Shown here: positions 7,253-14,291 of the stretch, piece after piece
Layout of the letters: each line of letters starts with the position of its first letter
Numbering within the stretch: position 1 is the stretch's first letter
From: Armatimonadota bacterium
GTDB taxonomy: Bacteria > Armatimonadota > UBA5829 > DTLH01
Direction of reading: 5' to 3'
Length of the DNA: 14,291 nucleotides
Assembly: GCA_039680575.1 (NCBI GenBank)
Contig: JBDKSP010000109.1
Span: 1 to 14,291 of the forward strand
Made by a program: the position numbers and the translations under genes
The notes under the pieces: generated by a model
Database searches by the model: none
Seen by the model: only the letters and a program-made list of their open reading frames with translations
Told to the model about the DNA's origin: nothing

Positions 7253-7965
7253 TCGGTACGGTGGTCTACCGATACGATACCGTAAGCTCCACTAACGATA
7301 CAGCCCGTAAACTGGCCGAAGACGGCGCGGCTGAAGGAACGGTTGTGGTTGCCCTGGAGCAGACGATGGGACGGGGCAGCCGGGGAAGAGCATGGTTCTC
7401 TCCACCGGGGCTGAACCTGCTTGTATCGGTCATCCTCAGACCCAATCTTCCACTTGACAGGATGGGCGAACTTGCGTTTGTTGCAGCCATTGCCGTTGCT
7501 GTGGCGCTTCGGGACTCGTGCGGGCTTGATGCCGCTATCAAGTGGCCGAATGATGTCCGTGTCCGGGACAGGAAGATATCGGGTATGATCGTGGAGACAG
7601 CGAAGGGCGCGGCAATTCTCGGTGTCGGGATAAATGTCAATTGGACAGAGTTGTCGGAAGAGATAGCGTCTAAAGCAACCAGCGCTGCTCTGGAACTGGG
7701 AAGACCGATAGATACGGACTGCATTCTGAAGTCATTTTTGGAAGAATTGGATATTGCGTACGGTGTCTACCGTGCCAGAGGCTTTACCCGGACACTGCAG
7801 GATTGGCGTGAGCTTGAGAACACGACCGGCAGGCAGGTAACTATAACCGCCGGAGGTGAGTGTATAGAAGGCATCGCGGCGGGCATAGATGAAAACGGCA
7901 GCCTGATTGTCGATCTGCCGGCAGGTGAACGGCGTTCGATACCAGCAGCGGGACTTGTGAGATAA
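7249..7965 (+). CDS. birA: Biotin-[acetyl-CoA-carboxylase] ligase without N-terminal HTH
   Basis: SSTND, QTMGRGSRGRAWFSP, KWPNDV, KISG, GVGINV and a C-terminal SH3-like GIDENGSL. ATGA overlap with nadC. Confidence 0.95.
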   Translation: MIGTVVYRYDTVSSTNDTARKLAEDGAAEGTVVVALEQTMGRGSRGRAWFSPPGLNLLVSVILRPNLPLDRMGELAFVAAIAVAVALRDSCGLDAAIKWPNDVRVRDRKISGMIVETAKGAAILGVGINVNWTELSEEIASKATSAALELGRPIDTDCILKSFLEELDIAYGVYRARGFTRTLQDWRELENTTGRQVTITAGGECIEGIAAGIDENGSLIVDLPAGERRSIPAAGLVR

Positions 7966-7987
7966 GAAGGAATTCAGGAGGAACAGG

Positions 7988-9226
7988 ATGGAAGGACCAA
8001 AAGCGATTTTACTTATCGGAGATGGGCTGGGGGACAGGCCCATACCCGAACTGGGGAATAAGACACCACTTGAAGTGGCGGAAAAACCGAACCTGGACAG
8101 GCTTGCGGCTGAGGGAGAGTGCGGGTTGATGGACCCGATAGCCCCGGGAGTGAGAGCCGGAAGTGATACCTCGCACCTCGCTATCCTCGGTTATGATCCT
8201 TATATACACTACACGGGTAGAGGACCGTTCGAGGCTGCCGGTATCGGTATGGATGTAAAGCATGGTGATGTCGCGTTTCGCTGTAACTTTACGACGGTCG
8301 ACAGCAACATGGTAGTCACTGACCGGCGCGCGGGCAGGATAACCGAAGGAACGGACCAGCTTGCCGCCGTCGTGAATAATATGCAGATCGAGGATGTAGT
8401 CTGTCTTTTCAAAGAATCCGTCGCTCACAGAGGGGCGCTTGTGCTGCGCGGTCCCGGACTCGGCGCGAATATCACTGATACCGATCCTCATGTCGCGGGA
8501 GCCAAGATTCACACTTGTGAGCCGGTTGACCCGTCTGATGCTGCGAGTGCAAAGACCGCCCGGATAGTAAATGAGTTCGTCCGCAGGTCTTACGAGGCTC
8601 TGAAAGACCATCCCGTGAACCAGGCTCGGCGTGCCAGGGGAGAGGAGCCCGCGAATGTGATCCTCCCGCGCGGCGCGGGGCTTGCTCCGCATCTGACGCC
8701 GATCAACGACCGATTTCACATCGAAAGCGTATGCGTGGCAGAGACAGGGCTTATAAAGGGAGTTGCGAAATACGTCGGTATGAAGATTATCGACGTGCCT
8801 GAGGCGACCGGTGGGCTGGATTCAGACCTTCTGGCTATGGCGCGCGCGATAATCGATGCGTTGAAAGACCACACCTTCGTCTTGTGCAATGTGAAGGGCG
8901 CGGACATCGGCGGACACGATGGAATTTCCCAAGCGAAGGTAGACCTGATAGGCCAGCTGGATGTAATGGTCAAATATCTTATGGATAATATCGACTCCGA
9001 GACATACATTGCGGTAACTGCGGACCATTCGACGCCTGTTTCCGTGAAAGACCACTCTGGCGACCCCGTTCCGATTGTATTCCGAGGGCCTGGCGTCCGT
9101 GTGGACGAGTGTGTGAAGTTTGATGAGCGCTCAGTCACGAAAGGCGGAATTCACAGGATCAAAGGCATAGATGTGATGAACATAATCACTCAGCTTATGA
9201 TGGTGCAGGATAAGTTCGGAGCGTAA
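7988..9226 (+). CDS. apgM: 2,3-bisphosphoglycerate-independent phosphoglycerate mutase, archaeal (ApgM) type
   Basis: [73 protein letters not shown]. 412 aa; AGGAGG RBS. Confidence 0.93.
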   Translation: MEGPKAILLIGDGLGDRPIPELGNKTPLEVAEKPNLDRLAAEGECGLMDPIAPGVRAGSDTSHLAILGYDPYIHYTGRGPFEAAGIGMDVKHGDVAFRCNFTTVDSNMVVTDRRAGRITEGTDQLAAVVNNMQIEDVVCLFKESVAHRGALVLRGPGLGANITDTDPHVAGAKIHTCEPVDPSDAASAKTARIVNEFVRRSYEALKDHPVNQARRARGEEPANVILPRGAGLAPHLTPINDRFHIESVCVAETGLIKGVAKYVGMKIIDVPEATGGLDSDLLAMARAIIDALKDHTFVLCNVKGADIGGHDGISQAKVDLIGQLDVMVKYLMDNIDSETYIAVTADHSTPVSVKDHSGDPVPIVFRGPGVRVDECVKFDERSVTKGGIHRIKGIDVMNIITQLMMVQDKFGA

Positions 9227-9251
9227 GTATATACAATAATTGCTGATATCA

Positions 9252-9298
9252 GGAAAAGGTGGCCCCGGATGCGTTCCAGTGCCACCTTTTCCGTTTTT
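9252..9298. terminator. Intrinsic terminator, probably bidirectional
   Basis: GGAAAAGGTGGC (9252-9263) and GCCACCTTTTCC (9281-9292) form a perfect 12-bp stem followed by GTTTTT, between convergent genes. Confidence 0.85.
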
Positions 9299-9345
9299 GG
9301 GGGGTCTTTATCCCGAAACCAGCCTCTTTTTATGCTCCGCCATTC

Positions 9346-9555
9346 TTATGCATTCGCAAGCGGGACATAACCCCGCAGTTTTAATCGTTCGCGGGCTTCA
9401 TCGAACTGTTCGGGTGAGAAGACCGCTGCTGCAGCTACATACATATCTACCGGGTTACCGTCTTCTCTCGTGGCTATCTGCTTAAGCACCCAATTTCGGT
9501 CGCATTCGTCCAATTGCAGGAAGTCGTAAAGTACTTTTTCTACTGTCTCTGCCAT
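9346..9555 (-). CDS. 69-aa hypothetical protein, paralog of 9570-9788
   Basis: MAETVEKVL...RGYVPLANA; GAGGAG RBS before ATG 9555; 33/61 identical to its neighbour without gaps. Confidence 0.85.
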   Translation of the reverse strand: MAETVEKVLYDFLQLDECDRNWVLKQIATREDGNPVDMYVAAAAVFSPEQFDEARERLKLRGYVPLANA

Positions 9556-9569
9556 CGGATTAACTCCTC

Positions 9570-9788
9570 TCATATTCCAACGAAGTCAGCAGAGTATCCC
9601 CGCTCCGAAAGCCGCAGCTTCGCTTCGCGGAACTGTTCTTCGGACATCACCATATTGGCCTCGACGAACATATCGACAGGCTCGCCCTCCTCGTCACCGG
9701 CGATCCGATCCAGAACATCGACTCTGTCATGGTAGCCGAGTTCAAGGAAGCGCTGAAGCACCTGTTCCTTTGATTCTTTGTTAATCAT
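9570..9788 (-). CDS. 72-aa hypothetical protein, paralog of 9346-9555
   Basis: MINKESKEQVL...RGYSADFVGI; GGAGGA RBS 8 nt before ATG 9788; homology to the neighbour begins at residue 5. Confidence 0.85.
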   Translation of the reverse strand: MINKESKEQVLQRFLELGYHDRVDVLDRIAGDEEGEPVDMFVEANMVMSEEQFREAKLRLSERGYSADFVGI

Positions 9789-9870
9789 ACCGCATGTCCT
9801 CCAGTGGCAGTTGCCCTGATTATCACTACCCCTGTGATTTTGTGATAAAACCAGGTATCTCAATGCCTGC

Positions 9871-9895
9871 TAATCTTTTGTGTAACTGCCGATAA
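9871..9895 (+). promoter_or_regulatory. Putative sigma28-like promoter TAAT-N13-GCCGATAA
   Basis: 9860-9896 is 27/37 identical, without gaps, to the reverse complement of 1186-1222. Points at the four-Cys gene at 10057. Confidence 0.55.
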
Positions 9896-9918
9896 TCTTC
9901 GTGTAGGAACATGACCAT

Positions 9919-10015
9919 CTACAGAGTTTTAGGTACTATTTGAAACTCTTCCAGAAGATTTTCGGCGATAGTAGGCATACGATTGGGTGTAAAGCGAACA
10001 GCCGAAAATCTATGA
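9919..10015. repeat. Motif cluster including the 64-bp unit (repeat-family cluster 5)
   Basis: CTACAGAGTTTTAGG (+, 9919), weak inverted copy at 9939-9953, CAGAAGATTTTCGGC (+, 9952), TCATAGATTTTCGGC (-, 10001-10015). 9952-10015 is 44/64 identical, without gaps, to the reverse complement of 5280-5343. Confidence 0.8.
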
Positions 10016-10056
10016 AAGAATGCGTTGTATTGCATCGCATAGATATTGGGGGCAAA

Positions 10057-10257
10057 ATGGCTGGGAAAAGCAAACTGCGCGTGATTAAGATCATCGACCC
10101 GATCCTTTGTGTTCGGTGCGATTTCGCCTATATTGCGGATGTGGTCATGGAGAACAGCAAGCGTAAGAAAATGTTCTACTGTTCCCGGCTGGATTGCGAC
10201 AACTGGCTTACTACCCAGGGCCCGTCAAAAGAGGTAGAGATAGAGAAAGAGAGCTAA
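10057..10257 (+). CDS. 66-aa four-cysteine (putative zinc-ribbon) protein
   Basis: MAGKSKLRVIKIIDPILCVRCDF...MFYCSRLDCDNW with CxxC...CxxxxC spacing; GGGGG before ATG 10057; strong terminator downstream. Confidence 0.75.
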   Translation: MAGKSKLRVIKIIDPILCVRCDFAYIADVVMENSKRKKMFYCSRLDCDNWLTTQGPSKEVEIEKES

Positions 10258-10285
10258 AGAGTTACAATAGTAATCGTGACTTACC

Positions 10286-10319
10286 AAGAATAGGCTGTCT
10301 AAAAGGGCAGCCTATTCTT
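10286..10319. terminator. Bidirectional intrinsic terminator
   Basis: AAGAATAGGCTGTC / GGCAGCCTATTCTT stem between the convergent four-Cys and protease genes. Confidence 0.8.
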
Positions 10320-10368
10320 ATATAAATAGGCTGTTATAACCTGGTAGATTAACCTGAATATTGTCAAC

Positions 10369-10472
10369 TTATGTCACCCTGAGCGCAGCGAAGGGTCTCA
10401 ATGGTGTAATCAGATTCCTCACTGCGTTCATGCCCGTATTTTCTACGAACAATGCGGGCATGAACGACATAA
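10369..10472. repeat. TGTC/CGTC-tagged REP-like palindromic repeat with an extra hairpin in its right arm
   Basis: Left arm TGTCACCCTGAGCGCAGCGAAGGGTCTC; right arm AGATTCCTCACTGCGTTCA...GAACGACA; ends TTATGTC/GACATAA; internal 16-bp stem 10425-10440/10451-10466 (15/16). Confidence 0.75.
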
Positions 10473-10495
10473 TTAAGGATTAAGTTAATCAACCA

Positions 10496-12808
10496 CTAGA
10501 AAGTTACGATAGGATCCTTTATTGCCCTTTGTCCGGCGACTGTTGTCATTGTACCTGCTACATTGACCGTCATACCCGCCGTAACGGACGGTCCACCTCC
10601 GATACCGTATTGAACTCGTATACCCGATGACCGGTCAGGTTCCTGAATATAGAAGAAGTTGTCAAACTGATCGGTACCCGCGCTCACTATCTTGCCTTGC
10701 AGGTTTACGATCGAGCCGTCAGAAAGCGCCTTTGCTGCCGTTACGGTAGAGGTAATGCTTGGCTGAAGAGGAAGCACCGCTCCGGAGACCACCAGCGCAT
10801 ACGGCTGCGGCCCGTATGGGATGTTATAGCCGGTTACGGTAATTGTATACATCCCGACTGCCGGGTTAGTGGCGAAATCCACACCTTCTACATTGTTACG
10901 CCTGTCGATTGTGCTGTTACCGTTATAAGTAACGCCGGACGGTGTGGTTACCTTGAGGTCGAGATCGTTCACAAGGGCTACGGATGCACCTGAAGACGCA
11001 GGATAATCTGTCCAAGCGAGCGTTACACGGAGAGGACTTGTGCCCGATACGTTATAAATATGGAATATGGATGATCCGCCGGTGGATAAGCCCGTGGAGA
11101 TATCATATGGATAGATTATTCTCGGTGATGCCGGAATGATCGAGTTGCGGATGTCAAGTCTGCCCCAACCCTCGACACTATTCGGTCTGGTCGGTATTTC
11201 CTGGGGTGATGTGTACTGACCCGGCTTCATATCGAATGCACCGTTTAAGAGTGTTGCTTTGATCAGCGCGGCCGATGGGGACATTCCCTTTTCGACATAA
11301 TATTCTCTGGTCAGCACACAGGCTCCTGCAACAAGCGGAGTAGCCATGCTTGTTCCTGCGCCATAAGCATAATGTGAGTTATATGAACCTGAGAGCGTAC
11401 CGGCTCCCGGACATTGTGATTGATCAGAAATAACAAAGATACCGGGTGCACAGATGTCAGGTTTGATCCGCCCGTCATTGCACGGTCCTCTCGAACTGAA
11501 TGCGGCCATGCCGCTTGAGTTATTTGAAACTTTGTCCGAATATAGCGGTTCTGTGGTGTAGCCAGTGCTTCCCCAAGTAGTAGTCATATTACTGAGAACC
11601 GACTCTGTTGCACCCACGCAGATTATGTTTTTCGCTGTTCCCGGATAGCCTATACTATCTGCGTCTATCTTTCCGTCTGCCGGGTTAGTATCCGTACCCT
11701 CGTTTCCTGCGGAAAATAGAATAACCATATCCTTGTGGTTCCAGATAAACTGATCGGTGTAATAAGATTCTGAGGAATAGTATCCGGGATTGCTGCTGTC
11801 TCCCCAACTGTTTGAGTGGATGCGCGCACCGTCGTTATATGGGCCGATATATAGATTGTTCAGGTCGGTAGGAATCCCGCTGAGATTACCGCTATTATCC
11901 ATGACTGACTGGAAAACGAGCGATGCCTCTGGAGCGACTCCAGCGAATGATCCTTCATACTGGTGTGTAGACGCAGTGCTGCCTGAAAGCGCTCCACTGC
12001 CGAGAAGCGATCCTGCAACATGTGTTCCATGGCCGTTTGGATCGCGCCAGCTCCTTTTGCGCCCAAGCGAATAGGTTTTAGTTACCCTTCCGTTGAAATC
12101 AGCTGATATCGTCGATGTACTCCCCGTATCGAGCCCGGTGTCGGCTATGGCAGCGATTTGCCCGGAACCATAGAGCCCTAAATCGTCCCAGACTGCGCCG
12201 ACATTCATGATACCTCTGGCTGTATTGTTATTCAGCTTGAAGTTTGGCTTGGGTTCGATCCATGCGATTCCGGCGGTTTTTGCGGCCTGCAAGAGCTTGG
12301 ATGCAGGTATAGACGCGTGTAGACTGTGGCCATGCTCTTCTGCGGGAGTAATAGCGCTGCCGCCTCTCTCAACGAGCTTTTCCCTTACAAGAGAATCATC
12401 CGCGCCGGGGAAGACCCTGATGGTTACTTCAGCAGTCCCGGTCTTTTGCAGTTCGGGTGATAATCTGTATGTTGGGGCATAATCCCCGACCCAACAGATA
12501 GATGAGATGGTTCGGAGTTTTTCCACTGTTGATTGCGATGCGCGGACAACGAATGCGAAATCGGGGATATAATCAAGCATCTCCGCTCCTGCGGCTTCTG
12601 CTTCTGCCTTCCAGGAGGCTTCAATGGGTCCCTGGAATTGGACAATGTAATAACGTTTGCCATCCGGTCCTTCATCGGACTCAGTCTGTGATTGCCGGGC
12701 GGTCAATGATGGATCGAAAGAGGAATGATTGAGACGGATAGATGGTCCTGCGAATGATATGCTGCAGATCAAACTGATAAGAAGTGCAGGCAAAAGAAGG
12801 TTTTTCAC
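10496..12808 (-). CDS. Secreted subtilisin-family (S8) serine protease, KP-43-like, with extra C-terminal domain
   Basis: Catalytic ADTG (Asp), NGHGTHVAG (His) and GTSMATP (Ser); oxyanion SAGNEG; FSSRGP, RIKPD; C-domain LRVTLAWTD...VNDLDL...NNVE. The likely start is GTG 12808 (GGAG 6 nt upstream, then a signal peptide). The longer ORF-track start crosses a terminator. Confidence 0.95.
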   Translation of the reverse strand: MKNLLLPALLISLICSISFAGPSIRLNHSSFDPSLTARQSQTESDEGPDGKRYYIVQFQGPIEASWKAEAEAAGAEMLDYIPDFAFVVRASQSTVEKLRTISSICWVGDYAPTYRLSPELQKTGTAEVTIRVFPGADDSLVREKLVERGGSAITPAEEHGHSLHASIPASKLLQAAKTAGIAWIEPKPNFKLNNNTARGIMNVGAVWDDLGLYGSGQIAAIADTGLDTGSTSTISADFNGRVTKTYSLGRKRSWRDPNGHGTHVAGSLLGSGALSGSTASTHQYEGSFAGVAPEASLVFQSVMDNSGNLSGIPTDLNNLYIGPYNDGARIHSNSWGDSSNPGYYSSESYYTDQFIWNHKDMVILFSAGNEGTDTNPADGKIDADSIGYPGTAKNIICVGATESVLSNMTTTWGSTGYTTEPLYSDKVSNNSSGMAAFSSRGPCNDGRIKPDICAPGIFVISDQSQCPGAGTLSGSYNSHYAYGAGTSMATPLVAGACVLTREYYVEKGMSPSAALIKATLLNGAFDMKPGQYTSPQEIPTRPNSVEGWGRLDIRNSIIPASPRIIYPYDISTGLSTGGSSIFHIYNVSGTSPLRVTLAWTDYPASSGASVALVNDLDLKVTTPSGVTYNGNSTIDRRNNVEGVDFATNPAVGMYTITVTGYNIPYGPQPYALVVSGAVLPLQPSITSTVTAAKALSDGSIVNLQGKIVSAGTDQFDNFFYIQEPDRSSGIRVQYGIGGGPSVTAGMTVNVAGTMTTVAGQRAIKDPIVTF

Positions 12809-12923
12809 TGCTAACTCCAAATGCATTAGGCATAATTTGCCTAGTATATACACCATGTCCATTATGCCATGAAAATAACGGCTTGTCTCGGTAGATTGGA
12901 AATGGTTTGGTAGCGGGGGCAGC

Positions 12924-12956
12924 AAATAAAAAGGCCGGAAGTCGAACTCCCGGCCT
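12924..12956 (-). terminator. Intrinsic terminator after the pilin-like gene
   Basis: Minus strand reads AGGCCGGGAGT-TCG-ACTTCCGGCCT followed by TTTTATTT. Confidence 0.85.
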
Positions 12957-12997
12957 CTAGAAGTTGCATGACACATTTGCATCATGCCGGAAACCTG

Positions 12998-13792
12998 CTA
13001 TTTATCGTTATAGTAGCCTTCGTTAAAGAATATAAATTTCCCTTTGGAGTCTTTTCCCTCCTTAGGATTGGGTTGTCCGGTAAGCTTCCCCACGTGACCG
13101 TCAAGATACGCTACAGCTCCAGCGCCATTATGCCTGTCTGTAACCATGTCATAGCCGATGAAGATCGCGTCATTCAATAGACCGCCGTTCTTCCTTGGGT
13201 CTGTGTTCTCCTCGACGAAGGAGACGGTCTTGGACGGCCGCTTGAACCAGCTTGTCGGGAACCCTTCGTAATTCGCGCGGTTAAACAGACCAGGATAGGA
13301 GGTGTCAGTGTAACCAGCTGCAGCAGTCCACGGAAGGTCCGGCAAGTGAGGGCAGATCCAGGTCAGCCAGAAATTAATCGAGTAGCTGTAGGTATACCTG
13401 CCAGCAGAAGGAACATTCATCCCGGTTATCCTGGCTTTTCTTGTGTCCGAAGGGCATGCAATAATCTCTTTTGACTTGGCTAAGTACTTGTAGAGACCTG
13501 AGTTCCTCCAGTCCGATTCCAGTCTCCAGCCAGTTCTCTCAGGCTGACCGGCTGAGTTTGTTGGTCTTGCATCGTAGCAGTTGAGGGAAACGAACCTGCC
13601 GTTGTTGTCATCGGCATACTGAATAGCTGCATTGTTCACCTGCTTGATGTTGCTCAAGCATCTGGTCAAACGCGCTGCTTCTCTTGCGGTCTCGAATATC
13701 GGGAACAATATCGCCGCTAAGACCGCGATGATGGCTATTACAACCAATAACTCGATGAGTGTAAAGCCATTCTTCTTACTTGAAAGTGCCAT
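12998..13792 (-). CDS. Prepilin-type N-terminal cleavage/methylation protein with H-X9-DG C-terminal motif (DUF1559-like)
   Basis: [69 protein letters not shown] (exact H-X9-DG). ATG 13792 follows AAGGAGAAGGTG. Confidence 0.93.
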   Translation of the reverse strand: MALSSKKNGFTLIELLVVIAIIAVLAAILFPIFETAREAARLTRCLSNIKQVNNAAIQYADDNNGRFVSLNCYDARPTNSAGQPERTGWRLESDWRNSGLYKYLAKSKEIIACPSDTRKARITGMNVPSAGRYTYSYSINFWLTWICPHLPDLPWTAAAGYTDTSYPGLFNRANYEGFPTSWFKRPSKTVSFVEENTDPRKNGGLLNDAIFIGYDMVTDRHNGAGAVAYLDGHVGKLTGQPNPKEGKDSKGKFIFFNEGYYNDK

Positions 13793-13931
13793 CAGAGTCA
13801 CCTTCTCCTTTAGATCCATTTACTCTATCTGATTTATACCACCACTCAGGTAGCTTGTCAACCCAAATCGTAAAATAATACATGACTATGTAATAAGAGA
13901 ACCCGGTAATCGTTTGTTAAGTCAATGCCTA

Positions 13932-13956
13932 ATATCGGCACAATGGTTAAGGATTA
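13932..13956 (-). promoter_or_regulatory. Putative sigma28-like promoter TAAT-N13-GCCGATAT
   Basis: Minus strand TAAT-CCTTAACCATTGT-GCCGATAT, overlapping the upstream stop codon, about 140 bp ahead of the pilin-like gene. Confidence 0.5.
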
Positions 13957-14291
13957 CTCAATGCCTCTATACTGTCTCCGTCCTTCAGGAGGATCAAAGG
14001 ACAGAGGTTGTCATTATCTAATCTATAGCAACTGCAGGCTCCTGTGGCCTTGACCAGTGCTCCTTTGACTACATCAGATGGCAGTGTGATGTCACCATAA
14101 TATACTTCTACAGTGGCAGAGCCATCACTGATGTATAGTTTCTTTGCAGTAGTATCAATATCCGCTACTGTCCCACATACTGTTATGAGCAGGCCTATGT
14201 TGTTCAGTCCAAAGCTGCCTTTTACACCCTTCTGGCCTGTCTTGGCTGCTGAATCATAGCTGTAATCTCCACCGCCGATGTATTTGCAGAC
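13947..14291 (-). CDS. C-terminal 114 aa of a protein starting beyond the window (OB-fold-like terminal module)
   Basis: Not in the ORF track because its start lies outside the window. Open frame VCKYIGGGDY...GQKGVKGSFGLNNIGLLITVCGTV...LYISDGS...GALVKATGACSC...ALSNP*, stop at 13947-13949. Confidence 0.85.
   Translation of the reverse strand, partial: VCKYIGGGDYSYDSAAKTGQKGVKGSFGLNNIGLLITVCGTVADIDTTAKKLYISDGSATVEVYYGDITLPSDVVKGALVKATGACSCYRLDNDNLCPLILLKDGDSIEALSNP

Noticed and set aside
9346..9788. Small paralogs as a toxin-antitoxin pair or nucleotidyltransferase fragments
   Set aside because: The two are homologous to each other rather than toxin plus antitoxin. The resemblance to D-x-D...A...L...GY is loose and lacks the catalytic G-S/D-x-D motif.
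9926..9950. GTTTTAGGTACTATTTGAAAC resembling a type II CRISPR repeat or tracrRNA
   Set aside because: Single short resemblance, better explained by the local 15-bp motif family.
9940..10056. TTG-initiated extension of the four-Cys ORF
   Set aside because: Runs through the non-coding repeat cluster; ATG 10057 has a plausible RBS.
12809..12985. N-terminal extension of the S8 protease
   Set aside because: Spans an intrinsic terminator; the RBS and signal peptide fit GTG 12808.

Overview
Bacterial chromosomal window, probably Armatimonadota. This is inferred from two orphan prepilin/DUF1559-type genes and from the 'FYIQEPDRSSGIRV' and 'GLNNIGLL' C-terminal modules. It opens with the 3' end of a class IIC group II intron (IEP stop at 47, domains V and VI, end at 126). 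Next come a pilin-like gene, pdxS-pdxT, a Met-rich DUF305 protein and a beta-propeller glycoside hydrolase-like gene. A prsA-like/nadC/birA/apgM operon follows, then two tandem paralogous ~70-aa proteins, a divergent 66-aa four-Cys protein and a TGTC-tagged palindromic repeat. The window ends with a KP-43-type S8 protease, a second pilin-like gene (H-X9-DG) and the 3' end of a further gene. Two non-coding signals remain unexplained. (1) About 14 copies of a 15-bp motif, CTAWRGAKTTTYRGC-like, all found between genes in five inward-facing clusters; two clusters share a gapless 64-bp element (44/64 identical). (2) A sigma28-like TAAT-N13-GCCGATAW motif occurs three times, ahead of both pilin-like genes and the four-Cys gene. 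All calls were made by eye, without database searches.
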